NCBI GenBank assembly: GCA_965203175.1
Contig: OZ241867.1
Coordinates: forward strand, 2,528,001 to 2,592,000
Reading direction: 5' to 3'
Source of the DNA: Candidatus Latescibacterota bacterium
GTDB taxonomy: Bacteria > Latescibacterota > UBA2968 > UBA8231
DNA: 64,000 bases
In this document: positions 1 through 9,410 of the stretch, in pieces
How the letters are laid out: every line of letters starts with the position of its first letter
Numbering within the stretch: the first letter of the stretch is position 1
Notes under the pieces: model-generated
The model's database searches: none
What the model was told of the DNA's origin: nothing
Seen by the model: only the letters and a program-made list of their open reading frames with translations
Program-made: the position numbers and the translations under genes

Positions 1-779
1 CCAAAGCGCGGCTTACCGTCGAACACTTCAGACGTGGAATTGAACATCGTCACCGTGCCGCCGTCTTCGGGGTATTCGGCATCGGCGACGTGGGCGACGG
101 TGGATTTGAGCGCGGTCTCGTTCCAGACGAAGGCGATCCAGCCCGCGTCGCCGTTGGTGCCGACCTTGTGCCAGCCGTTTTGCGGCTCGATCCGATAGTC
201 GAGCGCGAGAGCGCGAGGGCCTAGGTGGATGCCAGCTTCGTTGGGGTCGGTGCTCGGCCAGAACAACAAGCTGCGGCGGCCTGTGCTACGCCAGGGGGTG
301 ACGCCGATGCCTGCATCGGGGCGGATGACGTTGAGGGCCCAGCAGGCGATGCGGCGCGGTTTGTCGCGCATGTTTTTGAAGCCGTGGCGGATGTGGAGCA
401 TCGGTTGTTCGGCATCGAGTGCAATCTCCATGATGAGCTGTAAACCCGAACTGTCGTCTGGGGCGGCGGTGAGGCGAATAGCGCGTACGCCGGTCATTTC
501 TGCGGCGGCTGGTTGCAGGGCCGGCAGCCCGGATTCGGGAATCTGCGTTGGCTCGAAAAACCACGAGCGCACGCCGATGTATTCGTATTCGCGGGAGACG
601 TGGAGGGGATTTTCGCCGCCTTTGAGGCGGAAGGCGAGGACTCGCGGATAGGGCGTGGCAATGGCAAAAACCTCGGCGCGGTCGTTTTCGAGCCAAAAGC
701 CAGTAAAGTCTTCGTACTGGTCGGTTTGGGCGGCTAGGGGCAGGGCGGTCAAGAGTAGAACACAGCAGGCGATGAGCAT
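1..779 (-). CDS. Secreted hypothetical protein, DUF4380/galactose-mutarotase-like (3' end runs off the window)
   Basis: Not in the ORF track because it is open-ended. Translated by hand from ATG at 779 (RBS AGAGGA): MLIACCVLLLTALPLAAQ signal peptide, then PYPRVLAF...LHIRHGFKN...ACWAL...KVG...GWIAF...EYPEDG, with no stop before base 1. Confidence 0.6.
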   Translation of the reverse strand, partial: MLIACCVLLLTALPLAAQTDQYEDFTGFWLENDRAEVFAIATPYPRVLAFRLKGGENPLHVSREYEYIGVRSWFFEPTQIPESGLPALQPAAAEMTGVRAIRLTAAPDDSSGLQLIMEIALDAEQPMLHIRHGFKNMRDKPRRIACWALNVIRPDAGIGVTPWRSTGRRSLLFWPSTDPNEAGIHLGPRALALDYRIEPQNGWHKVGTNGDAGWIAFVWNETALKSTVAHVADAEYPEDGGTVTMFNSTSEVFDGKPRF

Positions 780-892
780 GAGATTCCTCTGCTTTAAGGG
801 TAGGGGACGGCCAAAGAGTTGTCGGCGACCGATTTATTGTGCATGATAGGGCCTCCGAATATACTCGTCAACGCAACAAAGGAGAGAAGCTA

Positions 893-1624
893 ATGATCGT
901 CGAAGAAGTACGGCTGTGGAAATTGACTCGCCGCCATGTGCGCGAGCGGCTGGAACAGGGTCTGATCAAGGGGGCGATCCTGCCCACTGGCAGCACGGAG
1001 CAGCACAACGAGCACTTGGCGATGGAGCACGATATCGCCAGCGCGGCGCATGTTGCGCACCAAGCGGCCCTGCAGCTCTATCCGCAAGTAGTGGTGGCTA
1101 CGCCTCTATCCCTAGGCATATCCGAGCACTGGATGGAGTTCCCCGGCACCTTGAGCCTGCGGCCAGAAACCTTCTTTGCCGTGGCCTACGACGTGTGCGA
1201 GTCGCTCAAGCGGCACGGGATCGAGCACGTCCTGATATGCAATGGCCACGCTGGCAACGGCCCCTTGGGCGGCCAGGTCGAGGAGTTCAGCAAGCGGCTG
1301 GACATGGATGTGCAGTTTTATTCGTATTGGGTGGCGTATTCGGAGGAACTGGTTGCCGAAGTGCTGGAGTCGGGGGACTGCCCAGCGCACGCGGCCGAGT
1401 TTGAGACCTCGTTTGCCATGGCGGCGTTTCCCGAGAACGTGCATTGGGAGGGGGTCGATTACGAGGGGGCCAATCTCCAGATACAGAGCGAGAGCTACGC
1501 GCCGCGCGACCCGGTCTACTTCGAGGCGGGCCGCGACTTGGCCACGCCTAAGAAAGGCCGGGTGATGGCCGATGTGGCCATTGACTGGGTCGCCGCTAAG
1601 ATGAAGGAGATGATCGGCGAGTGA
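893..1624 (+). CDS. Creatininase/creatinine amidohydrolase family protein
   Basis: Motifs LPTGSTEQHNEHL, GISEHW..FPGT, NGHAGN and HAAEFETS; RBS AAGGAG before ATG 893. Confidence 0.9.
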   Translation: MIVEEVRLWKLTRRHVRERLEQGLIKGAILPTGSTEQHNEHLAMEHDIASAAHVAHQAALQLYPQVVVATPLSLGISEHWMEFPGTLSLRPETFFAVAYDVCESLKRHGIEHVLICNGHAGNGPLGGQVEEFSKRLDMDVQFYSYWVAYSEELVAEVLESGDCPAHAAEFETSFAMAAFPENVHWEGVDYEGANLQIQSESYAPRDPVYFEAGRDLATPKKGRVMADVAIDWVAAKMKEMIGE

Positions 1625-1645
1625 GCATGCCGCCGATCTAAACGC

Positions 1646-1680
1646 AAAAAGCCGGTACCCCGAGGGGCACCGGCTTTTTT
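1646..1680. terminator. Bidirectional rho-independent terminator
   Basis: AAAAAGCCGGTACCCC-GA-GGGGCACCGGCTTTTTT hairpin with A and T tracts, between convergent genes. Confidence 0.85.
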
Positions 1681-1702
1681 GTGCGGTTGTTGAAAAAGGA
1701 TA

Positions 1703-2605
1703 CTACTGAGCGGCCTTGATCTGGCCCCAGCTCACGTCCTCGACGGCGGTCGCGGACTCCATCTCCGGCAATAGCTGGTCCAGCAACACGTCGTTGGTGG
1801 CGGTGCAGCAGCTTTCCGGCGACATGGTCCAGAAGCCCTGATAGCTTTCGAGCGCACACTCGGTGCACGGCTCGTCGAAATCGCCCACGGTCACGGATGT
1901 GTGGATGATCTCGTCTTCCGCGAGGTCGAAGATCACGGCTTGCTCTGGGGTGGCCGACTCGTCGTTGGGCATCGAGATGATCGGCGTGATAGCCAGTTCG
2001 TAGTAATAGGTGCTCTCGCCGAACTGCTCGCCATCGTAGCCCCAGCCGAAAGTGATAAAGTCGCTGCCATCTACGAACCACTCCAGCGCCCGCACCGGGC
2101 GGTAGAACTGATAGGCACCTTCCACCGGCGGCACGGCCCATTTGTAGCTAAAGTTGTTGGCCGGCTCGCCTTCGAGGTTGTGCTCCTCAGTCGGCGTGTG
2201 GTCGGGATTGACCTCTACTTCCCAGGCGTCGTCCTGCCAGAAGGCCGAGGGGTTTTCGCGGTCCAGGTTGTGGACATTGTCGAAGACCTCGGTCATGTAG
2301 TAGAGCTTATTCGCGTTGTCGTTCCAGCCGATGAGGTGGCGAATGTTAATGTCGCTGACGTCGATCTCGCCACGACCCACGGGCTGGATATCAGCCACCG
2401 GCGAATAGAGACGGTCGTTGCGGATCGTGTACGGATCGATCGGCACGACGTCCCAGTCCGACAAGTCGCCGTCCATGGTGGGGACGAGATTGTCGGGGAA
2501 CTGCACGGCGAAATAGAGTTCGCCGGGAGGCGCATGGCCAAAGGACGTACCGCACAAGCCCATGACCAAAGCTGCCGCTAAAACGAATTTGGTCCGCTCT
2601 TTCAT
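1703..2605 (-). CDS. Secreted CBM9-like/DOMON-like sugar-binding protein with C-terminal WGQIK motif
   Basis: Signal peptide; PTMDGDLSDW, IGWND...LYY...V.DN and WQDDAWEV are typical of CBM9-like domains; ends TAVEDVSWGQIKAAQ; strong RBS AAGGAGG. Confidence 0.65.
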   Translation of the reverse strand: MKERTKFVLAAALVMGLCGTSFGHAPPGELYFAVQFPDNLVPTMDGDLSDWDVVPIDPYTIRNDRLYSPVADIQPVGRGEIDVSDINIRHLIGWNDNANKLYYMTEVFDNVHNLDRENPSAFWQDDAWEVEVNPDHTPTEEHNLEGEPANNFSYKWAVPPVEGAYQFYRPVRALEWFVDGSDFITFGWGYDGEQFGESTYYYELAITPIISMPNDESATPEQAVIFDLAEDEIIHTSVTVGDFDEPCTECALESYQGFWTMSPESCCTATNDVLLDQLLPEMESATAVEDVSWGQIKAAQ

Positions 2606-2721
2606 AGCGAAAACCCTCCCTCCTTAGGAGAAGTGAAAAATGCTGGTAAAACTTGTATAAAAAATACAGCGCACTCGGCACGCGCTTAATGCCCAATGAA
2701 TAATCAACTCAACGCCGTTTG

Positions 2722-4842
2722 TCAATAAGCGACTGAGAGGATGCCGACGCGTTCTTCCTTCTCTTCTAGCTGCAGCCGCCAGATATAGGTGCCCGGAGAC
2801 ACGAGATGCTGAGCGGCGTCGCGGCCGTCCCAGCGATGGGCGAATTCGCCGCTGCGCGCGGTGATGGGCGGCAGCTCGACTACGAGTTGGCCGGCGAGAT
2901 TGTAGATCGCCAGTTGCACCGGGCGGCTAGCCGTGACTTCGCGCAGCTTATAGGCGATTTCGACAGTCTCGTTCACTCCGTCGCCATTCGGCGTAAGCGG
3001 GTTGGAAGTCACGGCAATATCGACGAGGAGCCGGCCGCCGACGGGCGTGTTGACGGCGATGGCATCGCCTGAAAAGCGAAAGGTGGCGTTGCCCGGGCGA
3101 ACTTGCTGCTTGATCTGGTCGGGGTCGTTGCTGTCGAAGACCCAGCCCGAAAACTCAGTACCAAAGCGCAGGACCGGCACCACAAAGCTCACTTCGAGCT
3201 GTTTGAAGCTGTCGTCTTCGCCTTGCAAGCGGGGGAAGGACACCACAAAGTGGTCGTCTTGTATATCTGGAACAAAGGCGTTCAAGTCGAGTTCGGTGCC
3301 GTCGCGTTTGACCGCAGAGACGGCTTGGACTTGGGCATGGGTGCGGATTTCCAGCCGGTCGAAGCCGGTGTCGTCAGCGGTAAATTCCGGCCGGATGACG
3401 TAGGTAAATTCCGTGGGCGCGAAGGAATCGACGGCAATGGGCCACACTTCACCGAGGATTTCTCGGGCAGCCGGCGCATCGCCGAATTGGATCGTGAGTG
3501 AGCGGATGCGCGGCGCAGTGGTAAAGGTAGAAAACAGGCGAAAGGCGAGTTGGATGTAGCGGCTCGGCCCAGGCGACAAAAGCGGCGTGCCGTCGCGCCA
3601 CGCTTCAGCCGGCTCGTCGCTGTCGCGCAAACCCGCGGCAAAGTCGTAGGGCGGTGACCAGAAGCTCCAGTTGTCGGTGTCGTACACGGTGGGCAGGCGA
3701 CCGGACGGGTCGAGCTTTTCGTATTCTTTTAAGGTGATCGGACGGATGTCGCCGTTGATGTTTTCGTCGAAGTAGAGGCTGGGATCGGGGGTGTTGCCAG
3801 TGCGGGTGCGAACCTCGATGCGGGTGCCCTCGGGCACGTCGGCGTCCCAGCGAATTTTGCCCCAGTTGATTGGCTGGCCAAAGTCGAGAATCTGGGTGAC
3901 GAGGACGGTCTCCTCGACAAAGCCCTCGCCGTACACCTCGAATTCGGCGACCTCCCAGTCGCGCAGAGGAAAGGCTTGGGCGGTGATGTAGCGGATCGAC
4001 TCGGTGGGAAAGCGCAACTCTACTACGGGATCGAGATTTTCGCGGTTGGATTCGATTACGGTAAGCGCGGGGTCTTGGTTGCGGACCCAGCGCAGGCCTT
4101 TAGTGACGCGGCTGACTCGGTCACAGGGGCTGTTGGCAAAGCGCACGTTGTTGTCGCCTTTGCGCAGCTCGTACCAGGCGAGGAAGTTGGCGGCGAAGCT
4201 GTCTTCGCCAAATGCCTCTAGGGGCGGCTTAGGCTCAGTGAGCTCCTCGATGAGCAAGATGTCGTCTTCCTGTCCGAGGCGGGGAAGAAAGCGGATGCGG
4301 TTGACTGGTACAGCTGTGCTAAAGTCGATGACCACGGAGTTTTTCCAGCCTTCGCCGGTGACCCCGGCGACGATTCTGCCGCCGCTGAAGATGCCTTGGC
4401 CTGGGGTGAAGCGGCGGAAGTGGGCTGTGGTGAAATCGCCGTCGAATTGCTTTTTCACGGCGCGGATCTGGTCGTCGCGGGCCGAGCAGCCGTCGGTCGT
4501 CTGGATTTGGCCTCCAGTGTACGGCAGTAGAGTGTTGATGTCCGCGGCATTGGGGTCAATCAGGGTTAGGTTGACCGCTGGGTCGATGAAGCGCGGCCCG
4601 ATGGCGTTGTCGGCAAAGTCGATGAGGGTATCCGCAGCCGCGCCGTGGGGCGTGACGCCCACGGGTTCGGTGCCCACGAGCTGGCCCTCGGCATCAAACA
4701 GCCAGTACTCACCGGCTCCTTCTTCAGACAGCAAGCTGGGCCAAGGATTGCCCTCGTCTCCCCCGACGCGAAACTCCCCGCGGCTGTGCGCCGGCGCAAT
4801 CGATAGGACGAGCAGGAAACACGAAGCAATGATGTACTGCAT
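2722..4842 (-). CDS. Large secreted protein, discoidin-like region + C-terminal FlgD-Ig/T9SS-B-like domain (paralog A)
   Basis: Signal peptide; VVIDF..VPVNRIRF, EVAEFEVYG, RTRTG, WSFWS, SPGPSRYIQ, NPLTPNGDGVN, WDGRD..PGTY; ends VAY. Confidence 0.75.
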   Translation of the reverse strand: MQYIIASCFLLVLSIAPAHSRGEFRVGGDEGNPWPSLLSEEGAGEYWLFDAEGQLVGTEPVGVTPHGAAADTLIDFADNAIGPRFIDPAVNLTLIDPNAADINTLLPYTGGQIQTTDGCSARDDQIRAVKKQFDGDFTTAHFRRFTPGQGIFSGGRIVAGVTGEGWKNSVVIDFSTAVPVNRIRFLPRLGQEDDILLIEELTEPKPPLEAFGEDSFAANFLAWYELRKGDNNVRFANSPCDRVSRVTKGLRWVRNQDPALTVIESNRENLDPVVELRFPTESIRYITAQAFPLRDWEVAEFEVYGEGFVEETVLVTQILDFGQPINWGKIRWDADVPEGTRIEVRTRTGNTPDPSLYFDENINGDIRPITLKEYEKLDPSGRLPTVYDTDNWSFWSPPYDFAAGLRDSDEPAEAWRDGTPLLSPGPSRYIQLAFRLFSTFTTAPRIRSLTIQFGDAPAAREILGEVWPIAVDSFAPTEFTYVIRPEFTADDTGFDRLEIRTHAQVQAVSAVKRDGTELDLNAFVPDIQDDHFVVSFPRLQGEDDSFKQLEVSFVVPVLRFGTEFSGWVFDSNDPDQIKQQVRPGNATFRFSGDAIAVNTPVGGRLLVDIAVTSNPLTPNGDGVNETVEIAYKLREVTASRPVQLAIYNLAGQLVVELPPITARSGEFAHRWDGRDAAQHLVSPGTYIWRLQLEEKEERVGILSVAY

Positions 4843-4987
4843 GGCGTCTCTTCCTTGAGATGCTGATAATATAAAAAAAGAAGAGGTCGATTTGGCAAGT
4901 TAAGATATGCACACGGCGCACCTTATTTAACTTGATTTATGCCTGTACTTTGATTGTTTTATGCAGCAAACCGCACGGAGGATGGAC

Positions 4988-7078
4988 ATGAAAGCGCATT
5001 GTGCCGCGGCCAGCCTCGTCTTAGTGCTCTGGCTGCCGAGTGGAAGTTGGGCTCTCGATACGGTCTCGATAGGGGAGGGCGGAGAGTTGGACTGGCAGGG
5101 TGAAGGCGAGGCCGTCGTCACCACCATTGACGCCGAGCACCGCTCGCCCTTAGATCCCAACAACCTGCTGGTGGGCAACGCACCTGGCGACTTAATCGAA
5201 TTTGCACGCGAAGACTTTTCCCACAGCATCCTGCCTCTGCGCATTGCCGAGGGAGAGAACGTGGCCGTCGGCACTATCGAACGCGGCGGCGATATAGATT
5301 CGCCCAATGTCTTCGACTTCAGCGGCACGTTCAAGCCGCTCGACTTGGAGATGATGCTAAAGGAGTTGCTCTCGGACGAGCCGGGCGGCGAGTTGTTGGC
5401 CTTTGAGCGCAAGAATCAGAATTCCCTCGGCATCCTAGTCCTGCTCAATTTAGGAGCGCGCTTCGGGGTCGAGCGCATACGCATCTATCCGCGCAATACG
5501 GTTGTGTCCTCGCCCTCGACCCCCTTCCAAAACGACTACCTGCGGGCGTATGAGCTTTTTACCAACGACGGCCTGAACCTGACCAGCGAGGACACGCCTA
5601 TCTGGAGGCCGCTGATCGCCGAGACCGACAACCAAGTCGCGGTTATCGACGTGCCGCTCGACCCGCCGCGCTACGTTCAGCATCTGCGCTTGCGGGCGAC
5701 TTCGCCGGTAGATTTTGAGATCGATGAGATCGAGGTTTTCGGCAAGGGCTTTCTGTCGCGGGCCCAGTACGTATCGGACATTTTCGACGCTGGGCAACCA
5801 GCCGTGTGGGGCACCTTGCGCTGGGTGGAAGAAGTGTTGGGCGATCCGCGTTTCTCCAGCGCGCAGATCCGTACGCGCACGGGCACGGACACGTCGCCTT
5901 TTGTGTACACCCGCCGGTTGCGCGGCAAGCAAGACGCCGAGGACATTCCTTTTTCGCTGGAAAATCCCGGGGAAGAAATGGGCCTAGCCGAGTATCGGAA
6001 ATTTCCCCAAAAGGCGGGTCAGACGCCCATTACCGATTCTGCAGGCCGCGAGTGGATGGCCGGGGCCGTGACCGACGACCTGATCAACTGGAGTCCCTTT
6101 AGCACGCCTTATCCGGCGGACGCGGCCAATGGCCCGGGCCGGCCCATTGTCTCGCCCAGCCCGCGCCGCTACATGCAGTTTGAGGTGGTTTTTAATAGCA
6201 GTGACCTAGAGGCCGCGCGAGTGATCAAGTCGCTGAGCTTCGACTTGTTGACGCCGCCGTTTGCCGACGCCTTGGTCGGCGAGGTTTTTCCGCGCGAGGT
6301 ACAGGTGTCTGAGGAAGTGCCCTTTACCTTTGCCATGCGCGCTGCTATGGGCACGGACGGCCTGCGTGGCTTCGACACCATCGACATCAACACGCCAGCG
6401 CGAGTATCGAGCATCGACGCGGTGCAGATTATTGATGGCGCTGGCGCGGTCGTGGCCGAGCACCAATTCGACAGCCTCGACGCGGCCGGCGAGGAGTTCG
6501 CCATTGCCGAGGTTGCCGACGACCGCTTTGCCGTGCGCTTCCCCGTGGTGACCGACGACCAGACTCAGGTCCGCGTTCGCTTCCAGACCAATGTGCTGAC
6601 GTACAGCACCAACTTCACCGCGGCGGCGCGGCTCACGACCGAGCCTGGTGCCGCCCAAGTAATCGACCCAGGCAATGTGGCTTTTTTGGGCGAAGGCGAT
6701 GAGGACGCGTTTTCCGGTACCACGGTACTCAGCCCGTCCGTATTGGCCGAGGGGCAGCTATTGGGTCAGGTTCAGGCTGCGCCCAACCCCTTTACCCCCA
6801 ATGGCGACGGTATCAACGACGAGGCGATCATCCACTACAACCTGCTGGCGTTGAGCACCCCGCGGCCGGTCGAGGTCGCGCTCTACGACTTGAACGGCCG
6901 GCGCGTGCGCGTCCTCTTCGCCGGTGAAGAGGCTAACGGCCGCTACACAGATAAGGTGTGGGATGGCCGCGACGACCAAGGCCAAGCAGTTCCTCCGGGC
7001 CTATACGTGGCCCGCGTCTTTGTCTCCGGGGATTCGGGCGACGCCGAGCAAAGCCGCGTCGTAGCCGTCGCGTACTAA
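4988..7078 (+). CDS. Large secreted protein, discoidin-like region + C-terminal FlgD-Ig/T9SS-B-like domain (paralog B)
   Basis: RBS GGAGGA before ATG 4988; signal peptide; LNLGARFGVERIRIYP, EIDEIEVFG, RTRTG, WSPFS, SPSPRRYMQ, PNPFTPNGDGIND, WDGRD..PGLY; ends VAY. Confidence 0.75.
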   Translation: MKAHCAAASLVLVLWLPSGSWALDTVSIGEGGELDWQGEGEAVVTTIDAEHRSPLDPNNLLVGNAPGDLIEFAREDFSHSILPLRIAEGENVAVGTIERGGDIDSPNVFDFSGTFKPLDLEMMLKELLSDEPGGELLAFERKNQNSLGILVLLNLGARFGVERIRIYPRNTVVSSPSTPFQNDYLRAYELFTNDGLNLTSEDTPIWRPLIAETDNQVAVIDVPLDPPRYVQHLRLRATSPVDFEIDEIEVFGKGFLSRAQYVSDIFDAGQPAVWGTLRWVEEVLGDPRFSSAQIRTRTGTDTSPFVYTRRLRGKQDAEDIPFSLENPGEEMGLAEYRKFPQKAGQTPITDSAGREWMAGAVTDDLINWSPFSTPYPADAANGPGRPIVSPSPRRYMQFEVVFNSSDLEAARVIKSLSFDLLTPPFADALVGEVFPREVQVSEEVPFTFAMRAAMGTDGLRGFDTIDINTPARVSSIDAVQIIDGAGAVVAEHQFDSLDAAGEEFAIAEVADDRFAVRFPVVTDDQTQVRVRFQTNVLTYSTNFTAAARLTTEPGAAQVIDPGNVAFLGEGDEDAFSGTTVLSPSVLAEGQLLGQVQAAPNPFTPNGDGINDEAIIHYNLLALSTPRPVEVALYDLNGRRVRVLFAGEEANGRYTDKVWDGRDDQGQAVPPGLYVARVFVSGDSGDAEQSRVVAVAY

Positions 7079-7183
7079 CGCATCAATCTCTCCAACCGAT
7101 TTTACTTGCACTCGTGGGTCGCCGAGTAGCACATGCCCGAAAACGGCCCAGCGGCTCGCGTTGTGCATCGAGAAGTCGCTGGA

Positions 7184-9397
7184 TCAGCCACCGAAAATTT
7201 GTTCGATTTGGGCTTCCATTTCCCGCCGCGCCACCTTTTCTATGCGGTGGGCGCGTTGGCTGCGGCTAAAGGCCGCGAATTGGGCATCCGCGTCGGCTTG
7301 GCGTCCGGTGCGTTGGTAGAGGTGCCCGAGGAATAGGTGCGCTTGGTAGTCGCGCGGAGCGATCTGGAGCAGATGCTCAAACAGGGGCACGGCCTCTGCA
7401 TAGCGTCCTTGGCGGGCGTAGAGCATGCCCAAGCTCCAATGGGGATGCGCGATCTTGGAGTCGAGCGCAATGGCGCGGCGCAAGAGTTCTTCGGCCTCAG
7501 CTAGTTGAGTTGTCTGCCCGAGGGTCATGCTCGTTCCTTGTTCGGACTGGATGAGCAGGTCGGCGAGGCGGGCTGGGTACTCGGGCACGTGCGGCTCGCG
7601 CTGCATTAGCTGCTCAAACTCGGCGATGGCCTCGCGGTTTTGCCCCTGCGCCGCGTACAGGCGGGCCAGTTGATAGCGCACGAGCGTCGAGTCTGGGTTC
7701 AGTTTGAGCGTGCGGCTATAAGCTCGGGCAGCGCGTTGGGGTTGGTCCGTCATCAGCAGGGCGTAGCCGAGGCCGCCGTGCGCGGCCGCCCAGTTGGGAC
7801 GCGCAGTTGCGACCTCGGAGTACGCGGCCGCAGCCTCGTCGTAGCGCCGAGCGAGCAGCGCGGTGTGGCCAAGGAGAAAGCGCACGTCCACGTCGTTAGG
7901 CTGCGTTTTAAGGTAGCGCCGATAGAGGTCGATGGCCTTGCCATAGCGCTCGGCCTCGCCGTGGAGTGCAGCGAGCGCGAGGAGTGGTTCGGCGAAGGTG
8001 GGATCGCGAGCAATAGCGTGGCGGTAGTGGCGGGCGGCGTGGGCCGGCATGTCCCGTTCCTCGTACGCGTAGCCGAGATAGTAGTGCTCGTGGGCATCGC
8101 CCTCTCGGTCCATCGCGCCCGTGGCCACATTGCAAAAGATCAAGAGTGCAGCAACGGCGGCGAGCGCGGGCCAAGGCCGCTGCCACAGGGCGCACACCCC
8201 ATAAGCCGCAAACAGCAACAGCACGGGCACGGTCGGTAGGCGATAGCGCCCGGTGACGAAAAACAGGACTACGGAAAGCGCATAGCAAGCCACAAAGAGC
8301 GCCAGCAAGCGCCCCTCGGGAGATTCGGAGGCACGCAGAAAGGCAAAAAACCCCAATAGGGCCAACGGGGCGACCAAGCCGAAGGGAAACGCCAGCCCTT
8401 TTTTCCACAGCAGGATCGACAAAAGCGAAGAGTCATTGCGGGCGAAGTAGAGGTCGCGGTTGCGCGGGATTTCGTCACCGCGCAGGAATAGGTAGCCCTT
8501 GTAGGCTAGCAAGCCCAAGAAATCGAGCGGCTCGGAGGCCATGTACTGCCAAGATTGGGCAAAAAAATAGCGCGACTTGGCCGAAGGCTGCTCAATGCCA
8601 GCGCGGCGTTCGGGCATTTCCACTAGCTCGGCCCAATCCCGTCCCGGGCGGATGTGGGTCGTTTGCGCGTAGTCGGCGTTGTTGCCGATGTAAAAGTTGA
8701 TACCCGCGTTGTGCGAGATGAGCACTAGATCGCCGCCGACTGCCCAGTTGCGATACGCGACCGGCGCGATGACCAGCGCACAGCCCAAGAGCAGAAAAGC
8801 CGCCGGGCGCAGCCGCCGCTGTCGCCAGTAGAGATAGCCCAACAGCATGGGCGCGAAGAGCAGCACGTTGGCCACGGCGAGCGCGGACAGGCCCAGCAGC
8901 ACGCCGGCGGCTAGCCAGCGCACCCAACCACCCTCGCCGATTACGAGCAGCAGTACGATCAAGTTGAGGCAACAGGCCAGCAAGGTTGGCAGCAACGCGC
9001 CGCCAAAGTAGATGAGGGGACCGTACAATGCCGCGGCAACCCCCGCGCCGAGTCCAATCCCCGCGCCAAAGACCCGGTACCCCAACAGGCAGATGAGAAC
9101 GCAGACGAGTGCGCCTATGACGGCTTGGATGAGTCGCGGCAGGTAGAGGTCATCTCCGGCGAGGGCAAAGAGTCCGCCGAGCAGCACGGGGTAGAGTGGC
9201 GGTTGCCAGAAGGGCGCGGGCCGACCCGCAAAGGAGACTTCGCTGAAGTAGCGCGCTTCCTCGGTATAGGTGCGGGCATCGACGACAGGAGCGGTGAAAA
9301 GCGGGCTGGCGCGTATTTCGTGAAGGTAGTACAGGCGCGCTGAGAGGGCGAGCGCAAAGACGACCACTCCCCCCATGAACATCCAGCGTCTAGCCAT
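7184..9397 (-). CDS. GT-C (GT39/PMT/ArnT-like) membrane glycosyltransferase fused to C-terminal TPR repeats
   Basis: VVDARTY...FWQPPLYP, about 11 hydrophobic segments, NAGINFYIGNN, RYRLP, then about 8 TPR-like repeats. Confidence 0.8.
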   Translation of the reverse strand: MARRWMFMGGVVVFALALSARLYYLHEIRASPLFTAPVVDARTYTEEARYFSEVSFAGRPAPFWQPPLYPVLLGGLFALAGDDLYLPRLIQAVIGALVCVLICLLGYRVFGAGIGLGAGVAAALYGPLIYFGGALLPTLLACCLNLIVLLLVIGEGGWVRWLAAGVLLGLSALAVANVLLFAPMLLGYLYWRQRRLRPAAFLLLGCALVIAPVAYRNWAVGGDLVLISHNAGINFYIGNNADYAQTTHIRPGRDWAELVEMPERRAGIEQPSAKSRYFFAQSWQYMASEPLDFLGLLAYKGYLFLRGDEIPRNRDLYFARNDSSLLSILLWKKGLAFPFGLVAPLALLGFFAFLRASESPEGRLLALFVACYALSVVLFFVTGRYRLPTVPVLLLFAAYGVCALWQRPWPALAAVAALLIFCNVATGAMDREGDAHEHYYLGYAYEERDMPAHAARHYRHAIARDPTFAEPLLALAALHGEAERYGKAIDLYRRYLKTQPNDVDVRFLLGHTALLARRYDEAAAAYSEVATARPNWAAAHGGLGYALLMTDQPQRAARAYSRTLKLNPDSTLVRYQLARLYAAQGQNREAIAEFEQLMQREPHVPEYPARLADLLIQSEQGTSMTLGQTTQLAEAEELLRRAIALDSKIAHPHWSLGMLYARQGRYAEAVPLFEHLLQIAPRDYQAHLFLGHLYQRTGRQADADAQFAAFSRSQRAHRIEKVARREMEAQIEQIFGG

Positions 9398-9410
9398 GGG
9401 CACTACACGC

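Noticed and set aside
4893-4910. Sigma54 promoter (TGGCA...TGC) between paralogs A and B
   Set aside because: The GG to GC spacing is 3 nt longer than the strict -24/-12 geometry.
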